Part shown: one piece after another, positions 29,535 through 38,903 of the stretch
Layout of the letters: each line of letters begins with the position of its first letter
Numbering within the stretch: position 1 is the first letter of the stretch
Origin: an uncultured beta proteobacterium
GTDB lineage: Bacteria; Pseudomonadota; Gammaproteobacteria; Burkholderiales; Casimicrobiaceae
Assembly: GCA_963776175.1 (NCBI GenBank)
Contig: CAVZLP010000013.1
Location: 2,479 to 66,478 of the forward strand
Direction of reading: 5' to 3'
Length of the DNA: 64,000 nucleotides
Program-made: the position numbers and the translations under genes
Notes under the pieces: model-generated
Database searches by the model: none
What the model was told of the DNA's origin: nothing
Seen by the model: the letters and a program-made list of their open reading frames with translations, nothing else

Positions 29535-30455
29535 ATGCCCGCCGCCAGTATTCTCGAAACGATCGGCAAGACGCCGCACATCCGCATCAACCGGCTGTTC
29601 GGCCCCGGCCACAACGTCTGGATAAAGTCCGAACGGTCGAATCCGGGCGGGTCGATCAAGGATCGCATCGCCCTTTCGATGGTCGAGGACGCCGAAGCCA
29701 GCGGCAAGCTCAAACGCGGCGGGACGATCATCGAGCCGACGTCGGGCAACACCGGTATCGGTCTGGCCATGGTCGCAGCGGTCAAGGGCTACAAGATAGT
29801 TCTGGTGATGCCCGACAGCATGTCGGTCGAGCGCCGCCGCCTGATGCTGGCGTTGGGCGCGACTTTTGTGCTGACGCCGCGTGCCGAGGGCATGAAGGGT
29901 TCGATCGCCAAGGCGATGGAGCTCGTCGCTTCGACACCCGGCGCGTGGATGCCGCAGCAGTTCGAGAACCCGGCAAACACCGAAGTCCATGCGCGCACGA
30001 CGGCGCCGGAAATCGTCGCTGACTTTCCCGGCGGTCTCGACGTGCTGATCACCGGCGTAGGCACCGGCGGACACATCACCGGCTGCGCCCGGGTGCTGAA
30101 GCAGAAATGGCCGAAGCTCAAAGTGTATGCGGTCGAACCGAGCGCGTCGCCGGTGATCTCGGGCGGCAAGCACACGCCGCACCCGATCCAGGGCATCGGT
30201 GCGGGTTTCATCCCCAAGATTCTCGACACGTCGCTGCTCGACGGCACGATTCAGGTCGAGGCCGACGCCGCCAAGGAGATGGCCCGCCGCGCCGCGCGTG
30301 AGGAGGGGATGCTGATCGGCATATCCTCCGGCGCGACGCTCGCCGCCATCGCACAAAAACTGCCGGCTCTCGCGTCGGGCAGCCGCGTCCTCGGCTTCAA
30401 CTACGATACCGGCGAGCGGTATCTGTCGGTCGAAGGGTTCCTGCCCGTTGAATAG
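29535..30455 (+). CDS. cysK: cysteine synthase A (O-acetylserine sulfhydrylase)
   Basis: [25 protein letters not shown] (PLP lysine), [22 protein letters not shown] and ISSGA. Confidence 0.92.
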   Translation: MPAASILETIGKTPHIRINRLFGPGHNVWIKSERSNPGGSIKDRIALSMVEDAEASGKLKRGGTIIEPTSGNTGIGLAMVAAVKGYKIVLVMPDSMSVERRRLMLALGATFVLTPRAEGMKGSIAKAMELVASTPGAWMPQQFENPANTEVHARTTAPEIVADFPGGLDVLITGVGTGGHITGCARVLKQKWPKLKVYAVEPSASPVISGGKHTPHPIQGIGAGFIPKILDTSLLDGTIQVEADAAKEMARRAAREEGMLIGISSGATLAAIAQKLPALASGSRVLGFNYDTGERYLSVEGFLPVE

Positions 30456-30526
30456 CCCGCGCCAAACGTTGGCGTCCAAAAAAGCGGCAGCCTGATCCGG
30501 GTCCACGATTGGCCGGCGGAGTTTGC

Positions 30527-32020
30527 ATGACTGGCGAATACGATGTCGTCGTGGTAGGTGCGGGGAATGCGGCACTCTGCGCCGCGCTGGCGGCGCGGGA
30601 GCACGGCGCGCGCGTGCTGGTGCTCGAACGCGCGCCCGAGGACGAGGCGGGCGGCAACTCGCGCTTCACCGCGGGCCTGATGCGCGTGGCCTACAACGGC
30701 GTCGACGACCTCAAGCGTCTGATGCCGGATCTCAACGCGGAGGAGATCGCGCGCACCGACTTCGGCACCTACCCGGAGAGCCAGTTCCTCGACGACATGG
30801 CGCAGGTGACGGAATACCGCTGCGATCCCGATCTCACCGAGATCCTGGTGAAGCGCAGCCTCGAGACGGTGGCATGGCTGCGTTCCAAAGGCGTGCGCTT
30901 CACCGCCGCCTGGGGGCGGCAGGCCTTCAAGGTCGGCGACAAGTTCAAGTTCTGGGGCGGGCTCACGGTCGAAGCCGTGGGCGGCGGCCCGGGCCTGGTC
31001 GAGGCGCTGACCGCGGCCGCGCGTGAGAAGGGGATCGACATCTGGTACGAGGCACGCGCGACGGAGCTGATCGCCGATGACGATGGAGTGAAGGGCGTGC
31101 AGGTCAGGCACAAGGGGAAGACGACCCAGGTCCGTGCGAAGTCCGTGGTTCTCGCCGCCGGCGGCTTCCAGGCCAATCCCGAGTGGCGTGCGCGTTACCT
31201 CGGCCCTGGCTGGGAGCTCGCGAAGGTGCGGGGAACGCGCTTCAACACCGGCGACGCGATTCGCATGGCGCTCGACATCGGCGCGGCACCAACCGGCAAC
31301 TGGTCGGGCTGCCACGCGGTGGCCTGGGAGCGCAACGCGCCGGAATTCGGCGACCTCGCCGTCGGCGACCAGTTCCAGAAGCACTCGTATCCGTGGGGCG
31401 TGTACATCAATGCCGCAGGCAAGCGCTTCGTGGACGAAGGCGCCGACTTCCGCAACTACACCTACGCCAAGTATGGGCGCGTGATCCTGTCGCAACCCGG
31501 CCAGTTCGCGTGGCAGATCTTCGACGCCAAGGTGAAGCCGCAACTGCGCGACGAGTACAAGATCAGGCAGGTGACCAGGCGCGTCGCAAATACGCTCGAG
31601 GATCTGGTGAAACAGCTCGATGACGTCGACGCCGACGCGGCCTTGAAGGAGCTCCGCGCCTACAACGCGGCGGTGCAAACCGGAATTCCGTTCAATCCGA
31701 CCATCAAGGACGGCCGGCGCACCGAAGGCCTGGCGATTCCCAAATCGAACTGGGCGAACGTACTCGACACGCCGCCCTTCGAAGCGTATGCGGTGACCTG
31801 CGGCATCACGTTCACTTTCGGAGGATTACGCATCAATACCGGCGCACAGGTGATCTCCACCGACGGCCCGCCGATTCCCGGCCTCTACGCCGCCGGCGAA
31901 CTGGTCGGCGGGATTTTCTACTTCAACTATCCCGGGGGTACCGGGCTTACCAACGGCGCGGTGTTCGGGAGGATCGCGGGCACGAGCGCGGCACGATTCG
32001 AGCGGAAGCTTGCAAGCTAG
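30527..32020 (+). CDS. FAD-dependent oxidoreductase, tricarballylate dehydrogenase (TcuA)-like
   Basis: YDVVVVGAGNAALCAALAAREHGARVLVLE...GGNSRFTAG and C-terminal GLYAAGE..GG. This is the fumarate-reductase/TcuA flavoprotein pattern. No tcuB is nearby. Confidence 0.75.
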   Translation: MTGEYDVVVVGAGNAALCAALAAREHGARVLVLERAPEDEAGGNSRFTAGLMRVAYNGVDDLKRLMPDLNAEEIARTDFGTYPESQFLDDMAQVTEYRCDPDLTEILVKRSLETVAWLRSKGVRFTAAWGRQAFKVGDKFKFWGGLTVEAVGGGPGLVEALTAAAREKGIDIWYEARATELIADDDGVKGVQVRHKGKTTQVRAKSVVLAAGGFQANPEWRARYLGPGWELAKVRGTRFNTGDAIRMALDIGAAPTGNWSGCHAVAWERNAPEFGDLAVGDQFQKHSYPWGVYINAAGKRFVDEGADFRNYTYAKYGRVILSQPGQFAWQIFDAKVKPQLRDEYKIRQVTRRVANTLEDLVKQLDDVDADAALKELRAYNAAVQTGIPFNPTIKDGRRTEGLAIPKSNWANVLDTPPFEAYAVTCGITFTFGGLRINTGAQVISTDGPPIPGLYAAGELVGGIFYFNYPGGTGLTNGAVFGRIAGTSAARFERKLAS

Positions 32021-32173
32021 GAAAGCTGCTGCATTGTCCGCGGGACGCGGCGGAGGTCCTATAATCCGCGTGATTTATGAGAGCCGGGACGGTGCTCGGG
32101 TGCGCCGGACTCTCGAGCTGTTTCAACACGTCGACCCGGATGCGACGCAAACGACACTTCTGGAGGATTTCGA

Positions 32174-32704
32174 ATGCGTAGAGTTGTGTTGACATCGTTG
32201 ATCGTGTGCGGGGCGGCGCTGATGGGCGCCCAGGTGCAGGCTCAAACACCGGCAGCGCCACCGTCCGCCGGCGGCACGGCGGACGGCGTCCCGGCCGATA
32301 TCCCGTACGGCACGCCGATCAACCTGGAGACCGCGAAGAAGCTGGTCGCGGCGGCTGAAGCCGAGGCGATCAAGCATCGCTGGAAGGAGGTTATCGCCGT
32401 TGTCGACGCCAACGGCGATCTCGTCCACTTCTCGCGCATGGACGGCGCACAGATTGGCTCGGTCACGGTCGCCCAAGGCAAAGCCCGCACTGCGGCGCGC
32501 TACCGCCGCGAGACGCGCGTTTTCTACAACCTCTTCGAGACCGGCCATCCTTACATCGCGACGATCGATCCGACGCTGGTCGCCTCGCCCGGTGGCTGGC
32601 CGCTCGTGGAAGGAGGCAAGCTGATCGGAGCCATCGGCTGCAGCGGCGGCACCGGCGACCAGGACGCCGCCACCTGCAAGGCCGGTGCCGACCTGGTGAA
32701 GTAA
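32174..32704 (+). CDS. GlcG/HbpS-family (DUF336) heme-binding-like protein, secreted
   Basis: Signal peptide, then AVVDANGDLVHFSRMDGA, AQGKARTAA and GAIGCSGGTGDQD. Confidence 0.85.
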   Translation: MRRVVLTSLIVCGAALMGAQVQAQTPAAPPSAGGTADGVPADIPYGTPINLETAKKLVAAAEAEAIKHRWKEVIAVVDANGDLVHFSRMDGAQIGSVTVAQGKARTAARYRRETRVFYNLFETGHPYIATIDPTLVASPGGWPLVEGGKLIGAIGCSGGTGDQDAATCKAGADLVK

Positions 32705-32814
32705 GGTTGCGACAATAAGAACGGCCCTGCGGCGCAATCGCACCGCAGGGCCAAACGTTGGTCGTTCCGGCAAGGGCTCGGGGGAAGAGCAGCCCAGCGG
32801 CTCGGCGGGATGCG

Positions 32815-33891
32815 CTACTGCTGCCGAGCGACGGTCTTCGCTGTTGCGGTAGAGGTGCTGGACAACACGGGTTGGCCGGTGCTGTCGCCCAGCGCGTGCT
32901 TCACGCCGTCGGCCGCATAAATGGCATCGCACAGTCGCTGGAGCATCGGCACGCCGCGGACCTCGGTCTCGAACAGCGGCACGATGGCGCGCACGCTGCC
33001 GTCGAACTCCTTCCAGATCGTTCGCATGTGCTCCTGCTGCATGGCCACGCGGTTCTTCACGAACTCGGCGGCGTCGGGACCGACCGACGCGGGATCGATG
33101 ACCATGTTGACGAGGACGCCGCCCACCGGGATGCCGAAGTCCTTGAACCACTGGATGAAGCGCGTGACCACCGCGATGGGCAGCGCCTCCGGCAGGGTCA
33201 CGAAGTAGAACGCCGTCAGCTTCGGGTCGGTGAGGAGCACGCGCGCGTGCTCCATCCGGTCGCGGAAGGAGACGAGGTACTCCATCAGCGGGTCAGCCTC
33301 CTTCTTCTTCGTGAAGGAGAGCAGCTCGCGGAGAGTGCGCGCCTCGTCGCGGCTCTTCATCATCTTGTTGACCCACAGCGCGTACACCTTCGACATGCCG
33401 AGCAGGCGCCGCGCGTTGGCGGTGGGCGCGGTGTCGAAGACGTAGACGTCGTACTCGTTCTCGAACATGAGGTCGATCATGTTCTCGAACATCGCCGACT
33501 CCTCGAACGCGGGGTTCATCGTCGCGGTCTCGACGAACTCGTCGGCCTTGGTCGTGATGTCGGCGAACTTGAGGAACCAGCGGATCTTCTCCCGGATCTG
33601 CACCTTGCTGCGCTCGATGGTCTGCTTGGTCTCGATCTCGTACGCCCAGAGGTTCGGCACGCCCTCGACGGGAACGTGCTTGCCCAGCACGTCCTGGCCG
33701 AACAGGTTGGTCAGGCTGTGGACCGGATTCGTCGACGCGAGCAGCGTCCGGCGTCCCTGCCGGGCGAGCCCGATGGCGGCGGCGGCGGCGAAGACGGTCT
33801 TGCCCACGCCGCCCTTGCCGCCGAAGAAGAGGTACTTCAGCGTCGGGTGCTCGGTCAGATAGCGGCCCATCGGCATCGTGATCTCTGGCAT
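32815..33891 (-). CDS. Get3/ArsA-family ATPase, paralogue 2
   Basis: Deviant Walker A FFGGKGGVGKT. Also NPVHSL, EESAMFE and FDTAPTANARRLL (DTAPT kept, GHT lost). Confidence 0.85.
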   Translation of the reverse strand: MPEITMPMGRYLTEHPTLKYLFFGGKGGVGKTVFAAAAAIGLARQGRRTLLASTNPVHSLTNLFGQDVLGKHVPVEGVPNLWAYEIETKQTIERSKVQIREKIRWFLKFADITTKADEFVETATMNPAFEESAMFENMIDLMFENEYDVYVFDTAPTANARRLLGMSKVYALWVNKMMKSRDEARTLRELLSFTKKKEADPLMEYLVSFRDRMEHARVLLTDPKLTAFYFVTLPEALPIAVVTRFIQWFKDFGIPVGGVLVNMVIDPASVGPDAAEFVKNRVAMQQEHMRTIWKEFDGSVRAIVPLFETEVRGVPMLQRLCDAIYAADGVKHALGDSTGQPVLSSTSTATAKTVARQQ

Positions 33892-33904
33892 GGCGAGTCC
33901 TTCG

Positions 33905-34876
33905 CTAGGCGAACATACCGGCGGCCAGCTTCTCGATCATCGGCAGTCCCGTGACGTCGCGCTCCATCTCCGGCACCATCGCCAGCACGTGGTCGCCGAA
34001 GGCCGTGCGCACGCCGAGCAGGTTCTGGTCCTGCATGGCGATGCGGCGGCGCAGATACTCCGGGATGTTCTGGCCCAGCAGCTCGTGCGGGATAACCCGG
34101 TTCACGACGTACCCGGCGAGCGGTACGTCGAACTGCGCGAACATCTTGGCCGCCTTTTGCGTGTCGTTGATGACCCCGGCCTCCGGGATCACCACGAAGA
34201 AAAAAGCCGTCTTCGTCTTGTCCGTGAGGATCCCGGCCGACGTGTTGATGCGGTTCTTGATGTAGAGCAGTTCCTGGAGAATCTGGTCCTGCTCGGTGAT
34301 CTTCTCGCGCCGGATGCGGCTGACCATCTCCTCGTACTCGCGCATCTCCTCGCGCAGCTTGGTGACCTTGTTGATCCACTCGTCGTAGACCTTGGCCATC
34401 GACAGGTAGTAAAGCGCGTGGCCGAGAGGTACCAGGTCGTAGATGTAATAGTCGTAGTCGCCCTTCATGACGACGTCCACCACGGCGTCGAACATCGCGC
34501 TCTCTTCCATCGCCGGCTCGGCGCTCGCCGCCTGGATGTAGTTCTCGATCTCGTCCGGCACGGCGGGCAGACCGTACATGTCGAGGATCTTCTGGCGGAT
34601 CTCCTGTTGGTAGGCCCGGATGTGGCTGTCCGCGTCGATCTCCTGGGCCCAGAGCTTATCCATGATTTGGACAGGCCCCTTGCCGAAGATGTCGCGCTTG
34701 AAGATGTCGGTGAGCGATGCTTGGGGGTCCACGGAGAACACGAGGACCTTCTTCCCGTGGCTTGCGAGCCAGTACGCCGCCGCTGCGGAGAAGGTAGTCT
34801 TGCCGACTCCGCCGCCACCGCCGAACATGATGTACCGGCGCTCGGGATGCTGCAGGAACACGTCCTTGAATCCCAC
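33905..34876 (-). CDS. Get3/ArsA-family ATPase, paralogue 1
   Basis: GTG start at 34876 with an AGGGAG RBS. FGGGGGVGKT, VDPQASL, EESAMFD and YDLVPLGHALYYL (GH kept, DTAPT lost). The 512-aa track ORF 33905..35443 is a read-through artefact. Confidence 0.85.
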   Translation of the reverse strand: MGFKDVFLQHPERRYIMFGGGGGVGKTTFSAAAAYWLASHGKKVLVFSVDPQASLTDIFKRDIFGKGPVQIMDKLWAQEIDADSHIRAYQQEIRQKILDMYGLPAVPDEIENYIQAASAEPAMEESAMFDAVVDVVMKGDYDYYIYDLVPLGHALYYLSMAKVYDEWINKVTKLREEMREYEEMVSRIRREKITEQDQILQELLYIKNRINTSAGILTDKTKTAFFFVVIPEAGVINDTQKAAKMFAQFDVPLAGYVVNRVIPHELLGQNIPEYLRRRIAMQDQNLLGVRTAFGDHVLAMVPEMERDVTGLPMIEKLAAGMFA

Positions 34877-34887
34877 GGTGTCGCTCC

Positions 34888-35167
34888 CTAGAACATCGCG
34901 TCCGCGACGTCCTTCTCGCGCAACATGCGCCGTTTCCACGTGGCGATCTGCGGCACGACGTAAGGCAGGAGCCGCAGGCTGTAGTACGGCGGCAGGATCG
35001 GGAATGCCGAGGAGGTCGCCCATCGTGATCAGGATGAACAGATGCTCCATCGATGCGCGTGTGCGCAGGGCCGCGCGGCTCATGTCGTGGGCGGCCATGC
35101 CGTACACGGTGTCGGTGATGTTGTGCCACAGCCTCTTCGCCGCCGATACTTTCTCTTGCTCTGTCAT
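34888..35167 (-). CDS. small conserved hypothetical protein B (PPYY-LRLLP-VVPQ-TWKR motif), frameshifted as assembled
   Basis: AAGGAG RBS. Reads MTEQEKVSAAKRLWHNITDTVYGMAAHDMSRAALRTRASMEHLFILITMGDLLGIP. After correcting one base in the G/C run near 35000 it continues ILPPYYSLRLLPYVVPQIATWKRRMLREKDVADAMF*. It is a paralogue of 35181..35418. Confidence 0.6.
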
Positions 35168-35180
35168 GGCCGTCTCCTTT

Positions 35181-35418
35181 TCATACACCGTGCAGGTGGT
35201 GCTCGTGATCGCTGCCGAGCTCGCGCTCGCGCAGGACGCTGCCGCTTCCAGGTCTCGACCTGCGGCACGACCCAGGGCAGCAGGCGCAGCCCGTAGTACG
35301 GCGGCAGGATCGGCACGCCGAGCATGTCGCCGAACACGCCGAGCATGAACAGCGTCTCCATCGTGGCGCGGATCTCCAGCGCCTGCTGCGCGATCTCGTA
35401 GCCGGACATCCCGTACAT
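35181..35418 (-). CDS. small conserved hypothetical protein A (PPYY-LRLLP-VVPQ-TWKR motif), frameshifted near the 3' end
   Basis: MYGMSGYEIAQQALEIRATMETLFMLGVFGDMLGVPILPPYYGLRLLPWVVPQVETWKR, then (shift near 35240) SVLRERELGSDHEHHLHGV*. The start is uncertain. Similarity to paralogue B continues upstream, so it may start at 35480 with another frameshift. Confidence 0.5.
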
Positions 35419-35478
35419 GAACTCGCGTAGCGCGCGCCTCCACCCGCCGGCGGCGGGCGTGTTATCGTCCCTTCCGCC

Positions 35479-36114
35479 ATGACCGAACTCGTCGCTGTTG
35501 TCGCGGTCGCGGTCGTCGCCTGGTTTGCCGCCGGTACGATCTGGAACGTCCGCAAAGGAAGCGCGCTCATGCGCTGGATGCAGGGCGGGCCTGCCGGCGC
35601 TCGGCGAGCGCAGCACCGTGCGCTGGCTGGGCTCGACCGCGGTCGAGATGGTGATCCGGCGACGCCAAGGTCCCGTTCGCCGGCGCGACGCTGGTCATCT
35701 TTCTCGAGGCGCGCGATCTGCCCTGGATGTGGGCTCTCGGGCGCAGCCGCGGACGGCGCGATACGCTGATCGTCCGAGGCGTGCTGCGCCAGGCCCCGAC
35801 GCTCGAGTTCGAAGCGCTCGACCCCGTCAGCTGGTCCGGTCGTGACGCGCTCCCACGGGTGCCTCGCGAGTGGCCGGTGCACGAGGCGGCGAGCCCCGGG
35901 CGCGTGGTCGTGCATTGCGCGAGCGCCGCGGCGCTTGCGCGCGCGGACGCGCTGCTGGCGCTGGCCCAGCGCGCCGGGCTGGCGGCGCGGCGGATGTCCG
36001 TCCGCCGCACCGAGCCGAACTTCCAGCTTCACGTCGCGCCTTCCCGATCGCCAGGCAGGCCGCGCGCGAGTTCTTCGAAGCGGTGCACGCCCTCGCCGAG
36101 CTCGCGCTGCCTGA
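35479..36114 (+). CDS. hypothetical membrane-anchored protein, several frameshifts; 3' end uncertain
   Basis: High-GC3 + strand reading: MTELVAVVAVAVVAWFAAGTIWNVRKGSALMRWMQGG / LPALGERSTVRWLGSTAVEMVIRR / AKVPFAGATLVIFLEARDLPWMW...VVVHCASAAALARADALLALAQRAGLAARRMSVRRTEPNFQLHV. The minus-strand ORFs here are Arg/Ser-rich shadows. Confidence 0.4.
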
Positions 36115-36128
36115 CACGATCCAGGCGC

Positions 36129-37641
36129 CTAGGCATGCGCCGCAGGCGGCACAGCCGCCGGGTGCGGGAGAGGCGCCGCGGGTGTCGCGCCATGGCGGAC
36201 GTAGGCCTTGTACCCGTCCCAGCCGATGAGGATGGCCGCCACGAAGAGCAGCACGGAGACCGCGATCATGGCCCAGGCGCCCCCGACCGGCAGCGCGCTC
36301 ATCTTCGGATTCGCCGCGATGGTCACATAGAGGTTCCTCGCCGTGACGATGGTCGCCGCCAGCGTGGTCACGTACATGAAGATCATCGGCACGACCGCGT
36401 AGGTCGGATTGCGCTTCTCCGACTTGAGCCATACCGACACGACCAGCAGGCTCAGAGCCGCCATCAGCTGGTTGGACGCGCCGAACATCTGCCAGAGGTA
36501 AACCCACGTTCCGGTCAGCACCAGCGCAGCCGTGAAGCCCATGGAGATGAAGCTCGCGACGTGCATGTTGCGCATGGGCGGGATGGCGTCGCCAACCCAC
36601 TCGGCGAGCGTCACGCGCATCACGCGGAACACGAGCTGCGTCACGGTCAGCACGATGATCACGAAGGTAGCGAAGCCGAGCGCGGTGCCGAACGTCTCGG
36701 GGATGAGCCCGAAGGTTCCGGCGTACACGAGCTTGCCAACGCCGATCGCGAACCGGCCGCCGCCACCGCCGGCTCCGGCGATGGAGACGGCAGTCAGAGA
36801 CAGCAGCGCCAGGGGGAACTCGCCAAACAACATCGCGCCTGCGCCGACCGGCAGTGCGTCGGTGTCGTACTCGAGCTGCCGCGCAGTTCCGATCGAGCCG
36901 ACGAGCGCGTGCCAGCCCGAGATGGCGCCGCAGGCGATGGTGACAAAGAGCATCGGCCACAGCGGCTGCCACGCCACGCCTTCCTTGATGCGCGAAGCCG
37001 AGGTCCGTCACCGCCGGCAGCGCGAACGCGCCAATGAGCGCGCCCGAGGCGTCCTGCGTGCCGAGGAGAGGCGCGACGACCATCCCGAACGCGCTCAGGA
37101 GAATGGTGATGGATGTGATCCAGAAGCCGATGTAGTTCACGGGCTGCGCGAAGCGCCAGATCGGCAGATTCGCCCCAAGGTAACTGAAGGCGAAGAGGAA
37201 GACCATCCACCAGACGTAATTGGGCAGCGTCTTGAGGAGGCCCGTGCTCGCGTCATACGCCGGCGTGCTCGCGCGCTTGCCGTCCTTGCCCGGCGCGGGG
37301 ATGCGCGGGTCTGCAGCGGTCGGATCCTCAACCGCGAAGAGCGGCTGGCGCTCGGTGATCGCGTCCACCGCGTTGTTAAGCTGCACCACGGCGGCGGCCA
37401 CGGGTCCTTGCACCAGCGTGCCTTTTTCGTCGCGGTGCTGGCCCCACGGTCCGGCCGCCATGCCGACGAGCGTAAGGGCGACGACGAAAACGGTGACGCC
37501 CATGATGCCCATCTTCCAGCGATACATCATCTGCCCGGCGAGCAGCCCCATCAGCGCGAGCATCACGATGCCGAACGGAACGTCGGGACGCGCGGAGAAA
37601 ATCGCCGCCAGGATGCCGACGAACGCACCGGCCAGCAGCAT
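36129..37641 (-). CDS. CstA-like (carbon starvation protein A family) permease, N-terminally short, one frameshift as assembled
   Basis: WPMLFVTIACGAISGWHALVGSIGTARQL plus many TM helices. The frame change is near 36995-37005. The canonical CstA N-terminus (the GHHFAAIAGAGP region) is absent and the 258 nt upstream look non-coding. Confidence 0.7.
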
Positions 37642-37902
37642 CAATTGTTCGCTTCACAACCAAGGCGCGTATTGATCTGCGTCAACACCGATAGTCTTAC
37701 CGCCTGATAAAGGAATTGAGGCCGCAGTTGCGTTAGAGACGCGTTGCGAAATGGGTTCCTCACTCTGCGCGATTGCGCGACCGAAGCGCGCCTCCTCCTG
37801 TCAGAGGGAGCAAAGAATGGAAGTGCTCTAGTTGATCTGCAACGTCGCTGGTGTCACGACGACGTTACCCGTGTCGACAACCGCCGAGCAGAACGGCTGC
37901 AG

Positions 37903-38895
37903 CTACGGTTGCGTCTTCGTCCAGCTAGAATCCGGATTGAAACGCGTCATCTTCGAGGCGATTGACGACGTCGCCTTGCCGAGATTCTTCTGATACACGA
38001 CGCCTTCGTGATTGACGACTAACGTCATCACGCCTGAAGTACCCCAGCGCGCCGGGTAGGCTACGAGCGCAAAACCACCGATCATCTTGCCGTCAGCAAC
38101 GTAGTCGTACGCACCGTTCGGAGCATCGCGGCCCTGTCCAGTAAGTATCTTGTAGAAATATCCGTGATAGGGTTCGTGGCTGGCGTTCTTGCTCTTACCG
38201 TAACCCTCTTCCTTCGCCTTCGCCGCGAGCGGACCGAGGGGACTTAATGGCTGCCCTTCTTTGGTCGGCCAGTAGAGGCCGTCCTTCTTGCCGGATGTGC
38301 TGACGAGTTTCTTGGCGTACTCGTGCATGCCGTCGCGATTGCCTTGCGTCATCGCGTATTCGCGCTGGGCGTCCACGTAGGCAAGGCAGACCTGGATCGC
38401 GGCCAGCTCGTTACGGCCGATACGCCGATTGAGAATTTCCTCCGCGCCGGCCCGGACGTCGAATCTCCACCCATCGGCACGCTTGACGATGGGAAACGGA
38501 AGCGGCCAATCGTTTTCGCCGATGACCAACGTCGCTTTGGCATCACCGTCGAGTTCGATCCTCGAATTTTTGTCGAAGGCGGCAACGAAACGTGCGCGCC
38601 CCTGGCGGTCGGCTACGGGATCCCCCGAGCTGATCAGCTTGTCGCTGCCAGGGCCGAGCACCGCCAGGATGCGCGCCCGGTCGTCGTCTCTCACTGCTGC
38701 GACCAGCGCCGCAGTCGCAGCCTGTGGCGTCGTGAAGTGTTGCTGCAGCCGTGCGGGCACTTTCGCCGCAGGCGTATCGGCGGCCAATGCAAGCGGCGCG
38801 AAAACAGCGCTTAGCGACGCCAGCACGACACCCGCTATCGCCGGCCAGCGGCAAAGGTAATGCGTCATCGAATCCTCAGGCGTGTGCTCAGACAT
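37903..38895 (-). CDS. DUF2950-family secreted protein
   Basis: Signal peptide. Contains WPLPFPIV..DGWRFD, NELAAIQVCLAYVDAQREYA, GLYWPT, HGYFYKIL and GGFALVAYPARWGTSGVMT. Confidence 0.8.
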   Translation of the reverse strand: MSEHTPEDSMTHYLCRWPAIAGVVLASLSAVFAPLALAADTPAAKVPARLQQHFTTPQAATAALVAAVRDDDRARILAVLGPGSDKLISSGDPVADRQGRARFVAAFDKNSRIELDGDAKATLVIGENDWPLPFPIVKRADGWRFDVRAGAEEILNRRIGRNELAAIQVCLAYVDAQREYAMTQGNRDGMHEYAKKLVSTSGKKDGLYWPTKEGQPLSPLGPLAAKAKEEGYGKSKNASHEPYHGYFYKILTGQGRDAPNGAYDYVADGKMIGGFALVAYPARWGTSGVMTLVVNHEGVVYQKNLGKATSSIASKMTRFNPDSSWTKTQP

Positions 38896-38903
38896 GTCGT
38901 GTG

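Noticed and set aside
33905-35443. 512-aa ORF suggesting a large fusion protein
   Set aside because: It is a composite: out-of-frame read-through from the small-protein genes into the ArsA-like gene. An internal GTG with a good RBS (34876) and a TAG in the correct upstream frame define separate genes.
35827-37644. 605-aa ORF taken at face value as one protein
   Set aside because: Only the N-terminal 215 residues or so are CstA-like. After the frame change near 37000 the translation becomes Arg-rich nonsense, and the true continuation is ORF 36129..36977.
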